DNA of 64,000 bases, from NCBI GenBank assembly GCA_051961435.1, contig JBQCDH010000027.1, positions 32,535 through 96,534 of the forward strand. Reading direction: 5' to 3'. Under the pieces are notes generated by a model that ran no database searches, was not told the DNA's origin, and saw only the letters and a list, made by a program, of their open reading frames with translations. Made by a program: the position numbers and the translations under genes. The DNA comes from Solirubrobacterales bacterium (lineage in GTDB: Bacteria; Actinomycetota; Thermoleophilia; Solirubrobacterales; 70-9). Below, one piece after another: positions 52,976 through 61,757 of this stretch. How positions within the stretch are numbered: position 1 is the stretch's first letter; the number at the start of each line of letters is the position of its first letter.

Positions 52976-53934
52976 CAGGCCGCGACCTTCCCGAGCTCGA
53001 TCCGCGCCAGCGCCGCGGCGCCGATCATGCCGGCGTCGTTGCCGAGCGTCGCCGCCAGGACCGGCGTCGCGTTCATCGGCGTCAGGGCGCGTTCGCGGAC
53101 CTCGCGGCGGGCCGGCTCGAGCAGCAGGTCGCCGGCCGCGATCACGCCGCCGCCGACGACGATCGCATCGGGCTGGAACACGTTGGCGAAGGAGGAGCAG
53201 GCGACGCCGAGCCGGCTGCCGATCAGGTCGAAGACGCCGATCGCGGTCTCGTCGCCGGCCAGCGCCGCTTCGGTGACGAGGCGGCCGTCCACCTCCTTCC
53301 CCGCGGCATGCGCCTGGCCGATGGCGGAGTCGGGAGCGCTTTCCGCCGCCGCCTTCCCCTCCCGGCCCAGCGCCGTCCCCGAGGCGAGCGCCTCGACGCA
53401 GCCGTGGTTGGGGCAGTTGCCCTGGCAGGGCGGGCCGTCGGCCTGGATCACGACGTGACCCAGCTCGGCGCCGGCGCCGGTCGAGCCGCGGTAGATCTCG
53501 CCGCGCAGGATCAGGCCGCCGCCGATCCCGGTGCCGACGGTCAGCATCACGATGTCCGGCATCCCCCGTGCCGCCCCGTAGAGGTGCTCGGCCAACGCCG
53601 CCACGTTGCCGTCGTTGTCGACGAAGACCGGCAGGCCGACGCGCTCGCTGACGATGTCGCGGATCGGCAGGTTGGAGAGCGGCAGGTTCACGGCGGCGAC
53701 GGCGACGCCGCTGTCGTGGTCGATCGTCGCCGGGATGCCGAGGCCGACGGCGGTGGCGCCGGGGCGCGCTTCGCGCGCCTCCTCGATCTCGCGCACCAGC
53801 AGCTCGACCAGCTCGTCCTCGGTCTGGCCGGTCGACGCCTCGCGCTGCTCGTAGAGCGTTTCGGTGCCGGAGAGGACGCCGACGAGCATCTTCGTGCCGC
53901 CGAGATCGACCCCGATCGTCTCGCCGTCGCTCAC
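52975..53934 (-). CDS. ROK-family glucokinase
   Basis: 319 aa. IGVDLGGTK, DNDGNVAALAE, GTGIGGGLI, Cys-rich CxGNCPNHGC motif. Confidence 0.85.
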   Translation of the reverse strand: MSDGETIGVDLGGTKMLVGVLSGTETLYEQREASTGQTEDELVELLVREIEEAREARPGATAVGLGIPATIDHDSGVAVAAVNLPLSNLPIRDIVSERVGLPVFVDNDGNVAALAEHLYGAARGMPDIVMLTVGTGIGGGLILRGEIYRGSTGAGAELGHVVIQADGPPCQGNCPNHGCVEALASGTALGREGKAAAESAPDSAIGQAHAAGKEVDGRLVTEAALAGDETAIGVFDLIGSRLGVACSSFANVFQPDAIVVGGGVIAAGDLLLEPARREVRERALTPMNATPVLAATLGNDAGMIGAAALARIELGKVAA

Positions 53935-53993
53935 GAGGAACAGGGGGCTGGAAGGCGAAGGACCGCGTGCATCGCCATGATTTCTAGCCCTTC

Positions 53994-55238
53994 ATGAGCC
54001 CCGACGGCGAGCAGCGGCCCCCCGAGCCGCCCGAATACGAGCCCGAGTACAAGGTCTACCGCTCCCGCCGGGGGCTGTTTTCGCGCTTGAAAGGCGCGGA
54101 TCTGTCCTCGTTACGGGACCGTGCAAGGCTGCCTTCACGGCGCCGGCGCAAGCGCGAGGAGCCGGGGCTGCCGCCGCCCGAGCGCAAGCGGATCACCCCC
54201 CGGCGCGTGCTCAAATGGATCGTCCTGGCGGCGCTGGGATGGATCTTGCTCAGCTTCGTCGCCTTCGGCGTCTCCGCCCAGATCCAGTCCTTCAAGCTCT
54301 CCGGCGAAGCCAAGGACGCCCTGCACGGCAACCCGTTCCTGCTGCCGAGCGCGCAGACGATCCTCGTCCTCGGCACCGACGCGCGGCCGCCCAACACCAA
54401 GGAGCCGGGCGCCCCCCACAAGCAGAAGTGCTTCGAACAGCAGGCCCGCGGCGACGCCCCACACGACGGCTGCGAAGCCGGTGAATACCGCGCCGACACG
54501 CTGATGCTGATCCGCGCCGGAGGCGGCGCCTTCCGCAAACTCTCGATCCCGCGCGACACCTTCGCCGAAATCCCCGGGCAGACGCCGCAGAAAATCAACG
54601 CCGCCTTCTCCTTCGGCGGCGCCGCCCTGCAGATCAAGACGGTTGAACAGTTCCTCGGGATAAAGATCGACCACATCGCGATCGTCGATTTCACCGGCTT
54701 CGAAAAGCTGATCGACGCGGTCGGCGGCGTCGAAGTCAACGTCCCCCACAAGCTCTGCGCGGAAATCTCCGGCGGCGCCGGCCACGGGCAGGGCGGAATG
54801 ACCCTGCGCCTGCACAAGGGCGAGAACACGCTCGACGGGGAAAAGGCCCTCGCCTACTCGCGGGTCCGCGAGCCGAGCGAATGCCCCGGCCCCGGCAAGA
54901 GCGCCTTCACGCTCGGCTACAACGACCTCGACCGCGAGAAGGCGCAGCAGGCGGTGATCAACGGGATCAAGGAACGCCTCACCGATCCCCTCCGCCTCCC
55001 CTACAACTTCATCCACGGCCCCTTCATCGGCTGGGACGCGCCGAAAGCGTTCGTCAGCGACATGGGCTTCTTCACGATGCCCCAGCTCGTCCTCGCCGCG
55101 GCGATCGGCGGCGGCTCCAACGCCCACGTCCTCTGCAGCTCGCCGAAGGAAGAATGCAACCTCTCCGGCCCCGAAGGCTCGATCGAAGTGCCCGAGTCGG
55201 TGCGGCGCAAGGCCGCCCATCAGTTCCTCAACGGCTGA
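53994..55238 (+). CDS. LCP-family (LytR-CpsA-Psr) cell-envelope phosphotransferase
   Basis: 414 aa. N-terminal TM, ILVLGTDAR, RADTLMLIR, SIPRDT, INAAFSFGG. Confidence 0.85.
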   Translation: MSPDGEQRPPEPPEYEPEYKVYRSRRGLFSRLKGADLSSLRDRARLPSRRRRKREEPGLPPPERKRITPRRVLKWIVLAALGWILLSFVAFGVSAQIQSFKLSGEAKDALHGNPFLLPSAQTILVLGTDARPPNTKEPGAPHKQKCFEQQARGDAPHDGCEAGEYRADTLMLIRAGGGAFRKLSIPRDTFAEIPGQTPQKINAAFSFGGAALQIKTVEQFLGIKIDHIAIVDFTGFEKLIDAVGGVEVNVPHKLCAEISGGAGHGQGGMTLRLHKGENTLDGEKALAYSRVREPSECPGPGKSAFTLGYNDLDREKAQQAVINGIKERLTDPLRLPYNFIHGPFIGWDAPKAFVSDMGFFTMPQLVLAAAIGGGSNAHVLCSSPKEECNLSGPEGSIEVPESVRRKAAHQFLNG

Positions 55239-55249
55239 CAAGCCGGTTC

Positions 55250-55270
55250 GTCACCACGAGTGGTGACTTT
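55250..55270 (+). terminator. possible terminator hairpin after the LCP gene
   Basis: GTCACCA-cgag-TGGTGAC followed by TTTG. Short T-tract. Confidence 0.3.
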
Positions 55271-55316
55271 GCCCGCCTATGGCCGGGTCAACTCACCAAT
55301 CGTCAGTCGCGGCCGC

Positions 55317-55619
55317 TCAGTCCGCAGCCGAAGCCGCGGGCTTCGACTCGCTCTTGCCGGAGTCGGACTTCGACTCCGAGGAGCCGGAGTCGGAGCCCTT
55401 GGACTCGCCCGAGGACTCGGAGCCGCCGTTGCCGCCGCTCTTGCGCGTCCCGTAGTCGGTGTTGTGGAAGCCGGAGCCCTTGAAGTGGATCGCCGGCGGC
55501 GTCAGCACCCGGGAGGCGTGGGCGCCGCAGACCTCGCACTCGCGCAGCGGCTCGTCGCTCATCTTCTGGATCACCTCGAAGACGTGGCCGTTGTCGCATT
55601 TGTACTCGTAGATCGGCAT
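55317..55619 (-). CDS. FmdB-family zinc-ribbon protein with Ser/Gly-rich tail
   Basis: 100 aa. MPIYEYKCDNGHVFEV...CEVCG. Confidence 0.8.
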   Translation of the reverse strand: MPIYEYKCDNGHVFEVIQKMSDEPLRECEVCGAHASRVLTPPAIHFKGSGFHNTDYGTRKSGGNGGSESSGESKGSDSGSSESKSDSGKSESKPAASAAD

Positions 55620-55657
55620 GGCGGTGCGGGATTATCGCAGCCGCTACGGTTCCGGCT

Positions 55658-57049
55658 ATGGCAACCGAGCAGGGAACCCGCCCGACCGAGGTGACGATGG
55701 AGGAGATCGTCGCGCTCTGCAAACGGCGCGGCTTCGTCTTCCCCTCCTCGGAGATCTACGGCGGCCTCGGCTCGACTTACGACTACGGCCACTACGGCGT
55801 CCTGCTCAAGAACAACGTCAAAGCCGAGTGGTGGAAAGCGATGCTGCAGGAGCGCGACGACATCGTCGCGCTCGACTCGGCGATCCTCCAGCACCCGCGG
55901 GTCTGGGAGGCCTCCGGCCACCTCGCCGGCTTCACCGACCCGCTCGTCCAGTGCCTCGGCAAGTGCAAGAAACGCTGGCGCGAGGACCACCTGCGCGAGG
56001 CGGTCGAAGCCGAAGGCGGCGACCCGAACGCCGAGCTGCGCTGCCCCGAGTGCGGCGGTGAGCTCTCCGAGCCGCGCCAGTTCAACCTCATGTTCGAGAC
56101 CCACGTCGGGCCGGTCGCCGAGGAGGGCTCGACCGTCTACCTGCGCCCGGAGACGGCGCAGGGCATCTTCATCAACTTCAAGAACGTGCTCGGCTTCGCC
56201 CGCAAGAAGCCGCCGTTCGGGATCGCCCAGATCGGCAAGTCCTTCCGCAACGAGATCACCCCCGGCAACTTCATCTTCCGCACCCGCGAGTTCGAGCAGA
56301 TGGAGATGGAGTACTTCGTGCCCCCGGCCGAAGCCGAGAAATGGCACCAGCACTGGATGGCCGAGCGCGAGCGCTGGTACACCGAGCTCGGCGTCCGTCC
56401 CGAATACCTGCGCGTGCGCGCCCACGGCGCCGACGAGCTCTCCCACTACTCCTCGGCGACGAGCGACATCGAGTACCTCTTCCCGATCGGCTGGTCGGAG
56501 CTGGAGGGGATCGCCAACCGCGGCGACTTCGACCTCACCCAGCACGCCGAGTTTTCCGGCGAGAAGCTCGAGTACTTCGACCAGCAGACCAAAGAGCGCT
56601 ACGTCCCCCACGTGATCGAGCCGGCGGCCGGCGCCGACCGCGCCACCCTCGCCTTCCTCGTCGACTCCTACGACGTCGAGGAGGTGGAGGGGCGCCAGCG
56701 CACGGTCCTGCGGCTGCACCCGCGCCTGGCCCCGGTCAAGGTCGCCGTCCTCCCGCTCGTCTCCAAGGAGGGGATGCCGGAGAAGGCGCGCGAGGTCTTC
56801 CAGGACCTGCGCCGCCGCCTCCCCGCCGAGTTCGACGAGGGCGGCTCGATCGGCAAGCGCTACCGCCGCCAGGACGAGATCGGCACCCCCTGGGGCATCA
56901 CCGTCGACCACCAGACGATGGACGACGACACCGTCACCCTCCGCGACCGCGACTCGCTGGAGCAGGTCCGCGTCCCGATCGAGGGCCTCGGCGACGAGCT
57001 GGTGGGGCGCCTGGAAGCCCCCTGGCGCAGCCCGAAGCTGGACGCCTGA
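55658..57049 (+). CDS. glyQS: glycine--tRNA ligase (alpha2 type)
   Basis: 463 aa. RGFVFPSSEIYGG, FRNEITPGNFIFRTREFEQMEMEYF, IEPAAGADR. Confidence 0.95.
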   Translation: MATEQGTRPTEVTMEEIVALCKRRGFVFPSSEIYGGLGSTYDYGHYGVLLKNNVKAEWWKAMLQERDDIVALDSAILQHPRVWEASGHLAGFTDPLVQCLGKCKKRWREDHLREAVEAEGGDPNAELRCPECGGELSEPRQFNLMFETHVGPVAEEGSTVYLRPETAQGIFINFKNVLGFARKKPPFGIAQIGKSFRNEITPGNFIFRTREFEQMEMEYFVPPAEAEKWHQHWMAERERWYTELGVRPEYLRVRAHGADELSHYSSATSDIEYLFPIGWSELEGIANRGDFDLTQHAEFSGEKLEYFDQQTKERYVPHVIEPAAGADRATLAFLVDSYDVEEVEGRQRTVLRLHPRLAPVKVAVLPLVSKEGMPEKAREVFQDLRRRLPAEFDEGGSIGKRYRRQDEIGTPWGITVDHQTMDDDTVTLRDRDSLEQVRVPIEGLGDELVGRLEAPWRSPKLDA

Positions 57050-57050
57050 G

Positions 57051-57728
57051 TCAGCCCGCGACGGCCGACTCCCTCTTCTCCTCGGCGGGGACCTCGCTCT
57101 GGTTGGCCTGGATCGCTCCCCAGAAGGCGTCGGTTTCCTGCCGCAGATCTGCGAGTTCCAGCTCGGTGAAGGGGGTGGTCGCAACCGCCGTGAGGCTGTT
57201 CGTCAGGCGCGCCACCATCGACAGCAGCGAGCGCGCGTCCATCGACAGCCTCACCTCCTCGTCGTTGAACTTGAGGATCGTCAGGTCGAGCCGGTGCTGA
57301 CCGCGGCCGATGTCGAAGTAGGTTTCGCGCTGCAGCCATTCCCAGTTGTGGGGGAATTCACGCCAGCGCCGGTAGGCCTGCTGCAGCCTCTCGCCGTAGA
57401 CAGCGAGGACCTCCCGCAGAAGCCACCCGAAAGCCGGCGGCGACTGCTCGGCAAGCGCCTCCAACCGCTCGTGGCGATCGCCCTGGGCGAGCCATGCGAA
57501 GAGCTGGGGGGCGTCGTCTCCGATCCCGAAGAGGGTCGCTATTCCCTCCCACAGGGGGGCATAGGACTCCGGCGTGATGGGACCGTCGAGGCGACGGGCG
57601 AAGAGCTCCATGAGGAGCGCCGCGCATTGCGAGTTCTCTTCGACCCGCGCCGCCATCTTCCCCGCGAGCTCCTTCAGCTCCTGCGCACCTGCCCGGGCCT
57701 CCATCTGGTTCAGGGCGGTCCAGTCCAT
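57051..57728 (-). CDS. hypothetical protein (Trp-rich, no family recognised)
   Basis: 225-aa ORF with good composition. 3-nt gap from the upstream gene. GC visibly below neighbours. Confidence 0.6.
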   Translation of the reverse strand: MDWTALNQMEARAGAQELKELAGKMAARVEENSQCAALLMELFARRLDGPITPESYAPLWEGIATLFGIGDDAPQLFAWLAQGDRHERLEALAEQSPPAFGWLLREVLAVYGERLQQAYRRWREFPHNWEWLQRETYFDIGRGQHRLDLTILKFNDEEVRLSMDARSLLSMVARLTNSLTAVATTPFTELELADLRQETDAFWGAIQANQSEVPAEEKRESAVAG

Positions 57729-57731
57729 TGA

Positions 57732-58514
57732 TCATTCCCTCCAGTCTGGTTCGCTGATGTCGTCCTTCGCCTTCGCCAAGTTAGGAGTGGACTCGGTGCC
57801 TCTCGACTCCGGCCTCGCCTTCACCTCTTCGCTCCGCGGCGACGCCTGGCCGGTGCTCGCTCCCCGCTGCCTCTCGAGGTGATCGAGGATGGCCTGCACC
57901 CGGTAGCCGATCCCCTGCGCCAGCGTCCGCGATTCGTCCGCGCATGCCTCCGCGCACCGGTCGACCGCCTCCTGAAGCTCTTTCACCGCCCTGCGCATCG
58001 TGACCACGTCCGGTTTCGGTTCGGACGCCTGGTCGGCCCCCAGGAAGAGGTTGACGACTTCTTCCGCCCGCTCGCAAGCGTGGTTGCGCGTCCGCCCGAG
58101 GCGCTCGATCGGCGCTGCCAGCACGGAGTCGTCGCCGTTGGTGGGCCACGGGGGGAGGGGCCGGATGCTCCGCAGATGCCCGCTCAGCTCTTCCCATTTG
58201 TCCATGTCCGCCTGCAGAACGCGGTTGCGCAGGATCTCGGTCATCGAGCCGGAGGCGGTGACCATCTTCAGCCGTGCGTCGGAAACGAAGATGGCGAGTT
58301 CGATTGCCTTGTTGAGCAGTTGCTGCGCGCGGTCGAGGTCTTCGATGGCCTGGACGGGCACTTCGGTGATCTGCACCTCCACCTGCTGAGTCTTCGGGCG
58401 GGCCGGGGAGCGTCTGGGGATGAGCGCAGCCGCCGAGGAATCCACAACCGGCGGGCGACGAACCGCCGCCGGATTGGCGTCCGACCCAGAATCGGAGAGC
58501 GTCTTGTCGAGCAT
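57732..58514 (-). CDS. hypothetical protein (disordered N-terminus, helical core)
   Basis: 260-aa ORF, first gene of a two-gene operon, with AAAGGAG upstream of the ATG. Confidence 0.6.
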   Translation of the reverse strand: MLDKTLSDSGSDANPAAVRRPPVVDSSAAALIPRRSPARPKTQQVEVQITEVPVQAIEDLDRAQQLLNKAIELAIFVSDARLKMVTASGSMTEILRNRVLQADMDKWEELSGHLRSIRPLPPWPTNGDDSVLAAPIERLGRTRNHACERAEEVVNLFLGADQASEPKPDVVTMRRAVKELQEAVDRCAEACADESRTLAQGIGYRVQAILDHLERQRGASTGQASPRSEEVKARPESRGTESTPNLAKAKDDISEPDWRE

Positions 58515-58544
58515 CGCTGGAAAGACTCCTTTTATTCACCCCTC

Positions 58545-58573
58545 AGTTTAGGTACTTTTGGGTCTACTTGGAA
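58545..58573 (-). promoter_or_regulatory. candidate sigma-70-type promoter for the 57732-58514 / 57051-57728 operon
   Basis: On the minus strand: TTCCAA-17 nt-TAAACT in an AT-rich divergent intergenic region. Confidence 0.3.
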
Positions 58574-58596
58574 CCCCCAAAACGGAAGGTGGCGCG

Positions 58597-59058
58597 ATGG
58601 GCCCCTTGCCAGCAGCAACCGATTTGGTAGCGGCCGCCTTCGGCATCGTCGGTGTCCTGCTCGGCGGGGTGATAACCACCGGCGGGACCATATGGACCCA
58701 GAGGAACGCCGACAAACGGGAACTCGAGGCGGAGGCGCGTCAGGGCGCGGCGACGAAGCTCCTGCTCCACTCCAAACTGCGCGAAGTTCTCGCCTCGCTC
58801 AAAGTCGTCGATCGCGACTCCACCTGGCAGGCGCCGCTCAGCGACGAGTGGCTGAGCGCCTGGCAGGACCGCTCCCCCACTCTGGCCAGCGCCCTCAGCT
58901 CGACGAGCGATTTCGAAACCGTGGCCGAAGGCTTCCTCGTCGCTCGCCTCCTGGCGTGGCGGGCCTCGGAAGAGGAGCGGGAGCTCTCGCAGGACGATCG
59001 GGAGATGGTCGGCAAGTGGCGGGAGAAAATCCAGGAAGCCCTCGCGATACTGGAGTAA
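58597..59058 (+). CDS. hypothetical N-terminally membrane-anchored protein
   Basis: Start at ATG 58597, preceded by GGAAGG. One TM (LVAAAFGIVGVLLGGVITTGG) followed by a helical domain. Confidence 0.55.
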   Translation: MGPLPAATDLVAAAFGIVGVLLGGVITTGGTIWTQRNADKRELEAEARQGAATKLLLHSKLREVLASLKVVDRDSTWQAPLSDEWLSAWQDRSPTLASALSSTSDFETVAEGFLVARLLAWRASEEERELSQDDREMVGKWREKIQEALAILE

Positions 59059-59149
59059 CGATCCGCCGGGTTCCCTCGCCCCGACCGAAGGAATCAAGCT
59101 GGGGCCAGCGAACCCAGCTGACTACCCGAGCGACACGAGACGGAGCGAG

Positions 59150-59608
59150 ATGGCCTACGAGATGAAGATCCGCGGCACCGAGCACGAGGTGAAGGTTCGC
59201 AACCCCTGGGCCGTGGCCCTGCTGCCGATCGTCACGCTCGGCATCTACCACCTGGTCTGGTGGTACCGGATCAACAAGGAGCTGAAGGCCTACGGGGAGG
59301 CCAAGGGGTATGACCTTGGCCAGAGCCCGGTCAACTCGCTGCTGGCGCTGTTCCCGGGCGGGCTCATCGTCATCCCGGCGCTGGTCACCTACTGGCGCGG
59401 GACCGAGCGCGTCCAGGGCGCCTCGAAGATCGCCGGGCGCGAGCCGGTCAGCGGCTGGCTCTCGATCATCCTCTACCTGCTCCTATCCCCCGCCTTCTGG
59501 GCCTACCTGCAGGTCTCCCTCAACAACGTCTGGGAGCAGGAGGCCGAACCGCTGCCCGGCCAGGCCGCTCCACCCGCCCCCGCGGACGATTTGCCGCCGC
59601 GTCTCTAG
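59150..59608 (+). CDS. DUF4234-like membrane protein
   Basis: 152 aa. RNPWAVALLPIVTLGIYHLVWWYRINKEL is the characteristic DUF4234 pattern. Confidence 0.65.
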   Translation: MAYEMKIRGTEHEVKVRNPWAVALLPIVTLGIYHLVWWYRINKELKAYGEAKGYDLGQSPVNSLLALFPGGLIVIPALVTYWRGTERVQGASKIAGREPVSGWLSIILYLLLSPAFWAYLQVSLNNVWEQEAEPLPGQAAPPAPADDLPPRL

Positions 59609-59630
59609 CGCGAGTCCGCGAAAAGTGTCG

Positions 59631-60680
59631 TTATTCGACCGGTTTCGCGGACTCGGCGTTCAGGTAGTCGAGCACTCGCTCGGCGTCGGCCTCCAGGGCC
59701 GCGGCGTCCTTCTTCTTGACCTCTCCCAGGTGTTCGATCGTCACCTTGCCAGCGGCTAAGCGCCAGGTGGCGACGGCGCGGCCGTCGACGAGGGCGAAGG
59801 GGCGGAAGATGCCGTTCGTCGTCACCAGCACCTTGTGCGGGCCGACGACTTCCTCGCGCGAGGTCCAGCCGAGCAGCAGCGGGTCGAAGGCGCCGAGCAG
59901 GCGCGGCGGCGGGATCGGCGCCGGCTCCGGCGAGGAGGCCAGCTCGGCCAGGCCGTCCTCGCGCTCGACCAGCTCCCCGGCGATCGCCTCCAGCCCGAAG
60001 CGGGCGTCGCGTAGCGGCAGCCCCGCCCAGCGGGCGAGGTCGCGGTCGTCGGCGGGGCCGTGCCCGGCCAGGTAGCGGCGCGCCAGCTCGGCCAGCGCCT
60101 GCTCGCGGTCGACCGGCCGCTGCTCGCCGAGCCAGTCGCGGACGAGGACGTAGGCGTGTTCCCTGCCCACCATCGGGCCGCGGACGGCGCTCCCGCGCAG
60201 CGTCGTCAGGAAGAGCAGGTGGATCAGCGCCTGCCCCTCGGTGGGAACGCCGGCGCGGTCGAGCCGCTCGCGCAGCTGCAACCGCGTCAGCGGGCCCTCG
60301 TCGGCGAGCGCCCGCTCGATCGTCTCCACCCCCCGCTCCGCCGCCCCCGGGCTGACCCCCTCCTGCCGCAGCCGCCGCGCGCTCGAGGTCATCAGCGGCG
60401 GCGTCGTCAGCGGGTGCAGCCAGGGATAGTCCTCGCTGCGCACCAGGTGCAGGGTGCCGCGGTTGAGCCAGGTGATCAGCAGCGAGCGCTCCTCGCTCAG
60501 CGCCCGGTCGACGTCGGCCGCGGTCACCCCCTCGCTGCGGGCGCGGATCGCCAGCCGCGCCCCGCGGGGATCCTGCCCCTGCACCGCCAGCAGCCGCTCG
60601 GCGACCGCCTCCGGCGAGCGCAGCGGCTCGCCGGCAAGCGCCTGGGCGGTCAGTCGTTCGGCGATCGGCGCGCGCGGCAC
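59631..60680 (-). CDS. winged-helix DNA glycosylase-like protein (YcaQ/AlkZ, DUF1006 family)
   Basis: 349 aa. LLAVQGQDPRGARLAIRAR...LITWLNRGTLHLV... Confidence 0.75.
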   Translation of the reverse strand: MPRAPIAERLTAQALAGEPLRSPEAVAERLLAVQGQDPRGARLAIRARSEGVTAADVDRALSEERSLLITWLNRGTLHLVRSEDYPWLHPLTTPPLMTSSARRLRQEGVSPGAAERGVETIERALADEGPLTRLQLRERLDRAGVPTEGQALIHLLFLTTLRGSAVRGPMVGREHAYVLVRDWLGEQRPVDREQALAELARRYLAGHGPADDRDLARWAGLPLRDARFGLEAIAGELVEREDGLAELASSPEPAPIPPPRLLGAFDPLLLGWTSREEVVGPHKVLVTTNGIFRPFALVDGRAVATWRLAAGKVTIEHLGEVKKKDAAALEADAERVLDYLNAESAKPVE

Positions 60681-60705
60681 GACGGGAACGATCGCGCCGA
60701 GCGCC

Positions 60706-61272
60706 CTACTTCACGCGGAGCAGTTCGATGACGAAGACCAGGGTCGAATTCGGCGGGATCGACGGGTACACACCCTGGCTTCCGTAGGCCAGCGCCGGCG
60801 GGATGGTCAGCTTGCGGCGGCCGCCGACCTTCATCCCCGGGACCCCTTTGTCCCAGCCCGGGATCACTTCCTGGGCGCCGAGCTTGAAGCTGAAGGGTTC
60901 GTTTTCCCAGTTGGCGTCGAACTGTTCCTTGGTTTCGTAGACGACGCCGACGTAGTGGACGGTGACTTCGTCGCCCGCTTTCGCGGTCTGCCCCTTCCCC
61001 TTTTTCAGGTCTTCGACCACCAGCTTCTTCGGCGGCGGTCCCTTGGGAACCGTCACCTGCGGCACGCCTTCGCTCGTTTCGGCGATGTATTCGCCGGCCG
61101 CGTTTTCCTTGAAGGCCGATTCTTCTTCCGAGGTCTTTTCCTGCGAGCCGGTCGCGCCCGATCCCGACGTGGGCGAGCTCGACGAGCCGCCACCGCAACC
61201 GGCGATCGCCAGCACCAACGTCAGCGCCGCCAGAGCGGCGAGGATCGGCATCTCCCTGCGCATGGCGGTCAT
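60706..61272 (-). CDS. FKBP-type peptidyl-prolyl isomerase lipoprotein
   Basis: 188 aa. Lipobox LAIAGCGG. VTVHYVGVVYETKEQFDANW...GWDKGVPGMKVGGRRKLTIPPALAYG. Confidence 0.85.
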   Translation of the reverse strand: MTAMRREMPILAALAALTLVLAIAGCGGGSSSSPTSGSGATGSQEKTSEEESAFKENAAGEYIAETSEGVPQVTVPKGPPPKKLVVEDLKKGKGQTAKAGDEVTVHYVGVVYETKEQFDANWENEPFSFKLGAQEVIPGWDKGVPGMKVGGRRKLTIPPALAYGSQGVYPSIPPNSTLVFVIELLRVK

Positions 61273-61310
61273 CTTAGTCGGGCTGAAACCGTATGGCCGC
61301 GCGGCGCGCC

Positions 61311-61679
61311 TCAGCCGTTGCCCTTGCCGGAGAGGAAGTTCCAGGCCCGTTCCATCAGGGTCGGGTCCCTCTCCGTCAGGTCCTCGTCGCTGACCTCGAT
61401 CGACCCGGGGTTCTTCCCCGGCTTCGGCAGCTGGCGAGCCGCCGCCGCGTCCATCTTCAACGTCACGCCGCGCTCGAAGATCTCGTTCACCTCAGGGGCG
61501 TCGACGAAGCGGTGGCCACCGGGGCCGGCGGTCGTGTCGAAGATGATCCCGTCGAACATGTCGAGGTTCGGCGCCGAGAGCACCTCGACCACGCGACCAA
61601 GCCGCTCGCCGTCGCTGGAGAAGACCGGAACACCCTTGTCGACGCTGAGGTAGGAGCGCGGCTCCCCCAAGTCCTGCAT
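61311..61679 (-). CDS. PRC-barrel-like domain protein
   Basis: 122 aa. VPVFSSDGERLGRVVEV pattern. Assignment tentative. Confidence 0.5.
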   Translation of the reverse strand: MQDLGEPRSYLSVDKGVPVFSSDGERLGRVVEVLSAPNLDMFDGIIFDTTAGPGGHRFVDAPEVNEIFERGVTLKMDAAAARQLPKPGKNPGSIEVSDEDLTERDPTLMERAWNFLSGKGNG

Positions 61680-61757
61680 CGGCCGAGCTTAGATGATGGC
61701 CGCCACCGTGCGCCGGCTTCCCGAGGCGACCACCTGCCCCTACACTGCCGACGGGAG

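Noticed and set aside
55620-55657. T-box or other leader upstream of glyQS (and similarly upstream of metG at 52135-52147)
   Set aside because: The intergenic spaces are only 38 nt and 13 nt, too short for a T-box or riboswitch.
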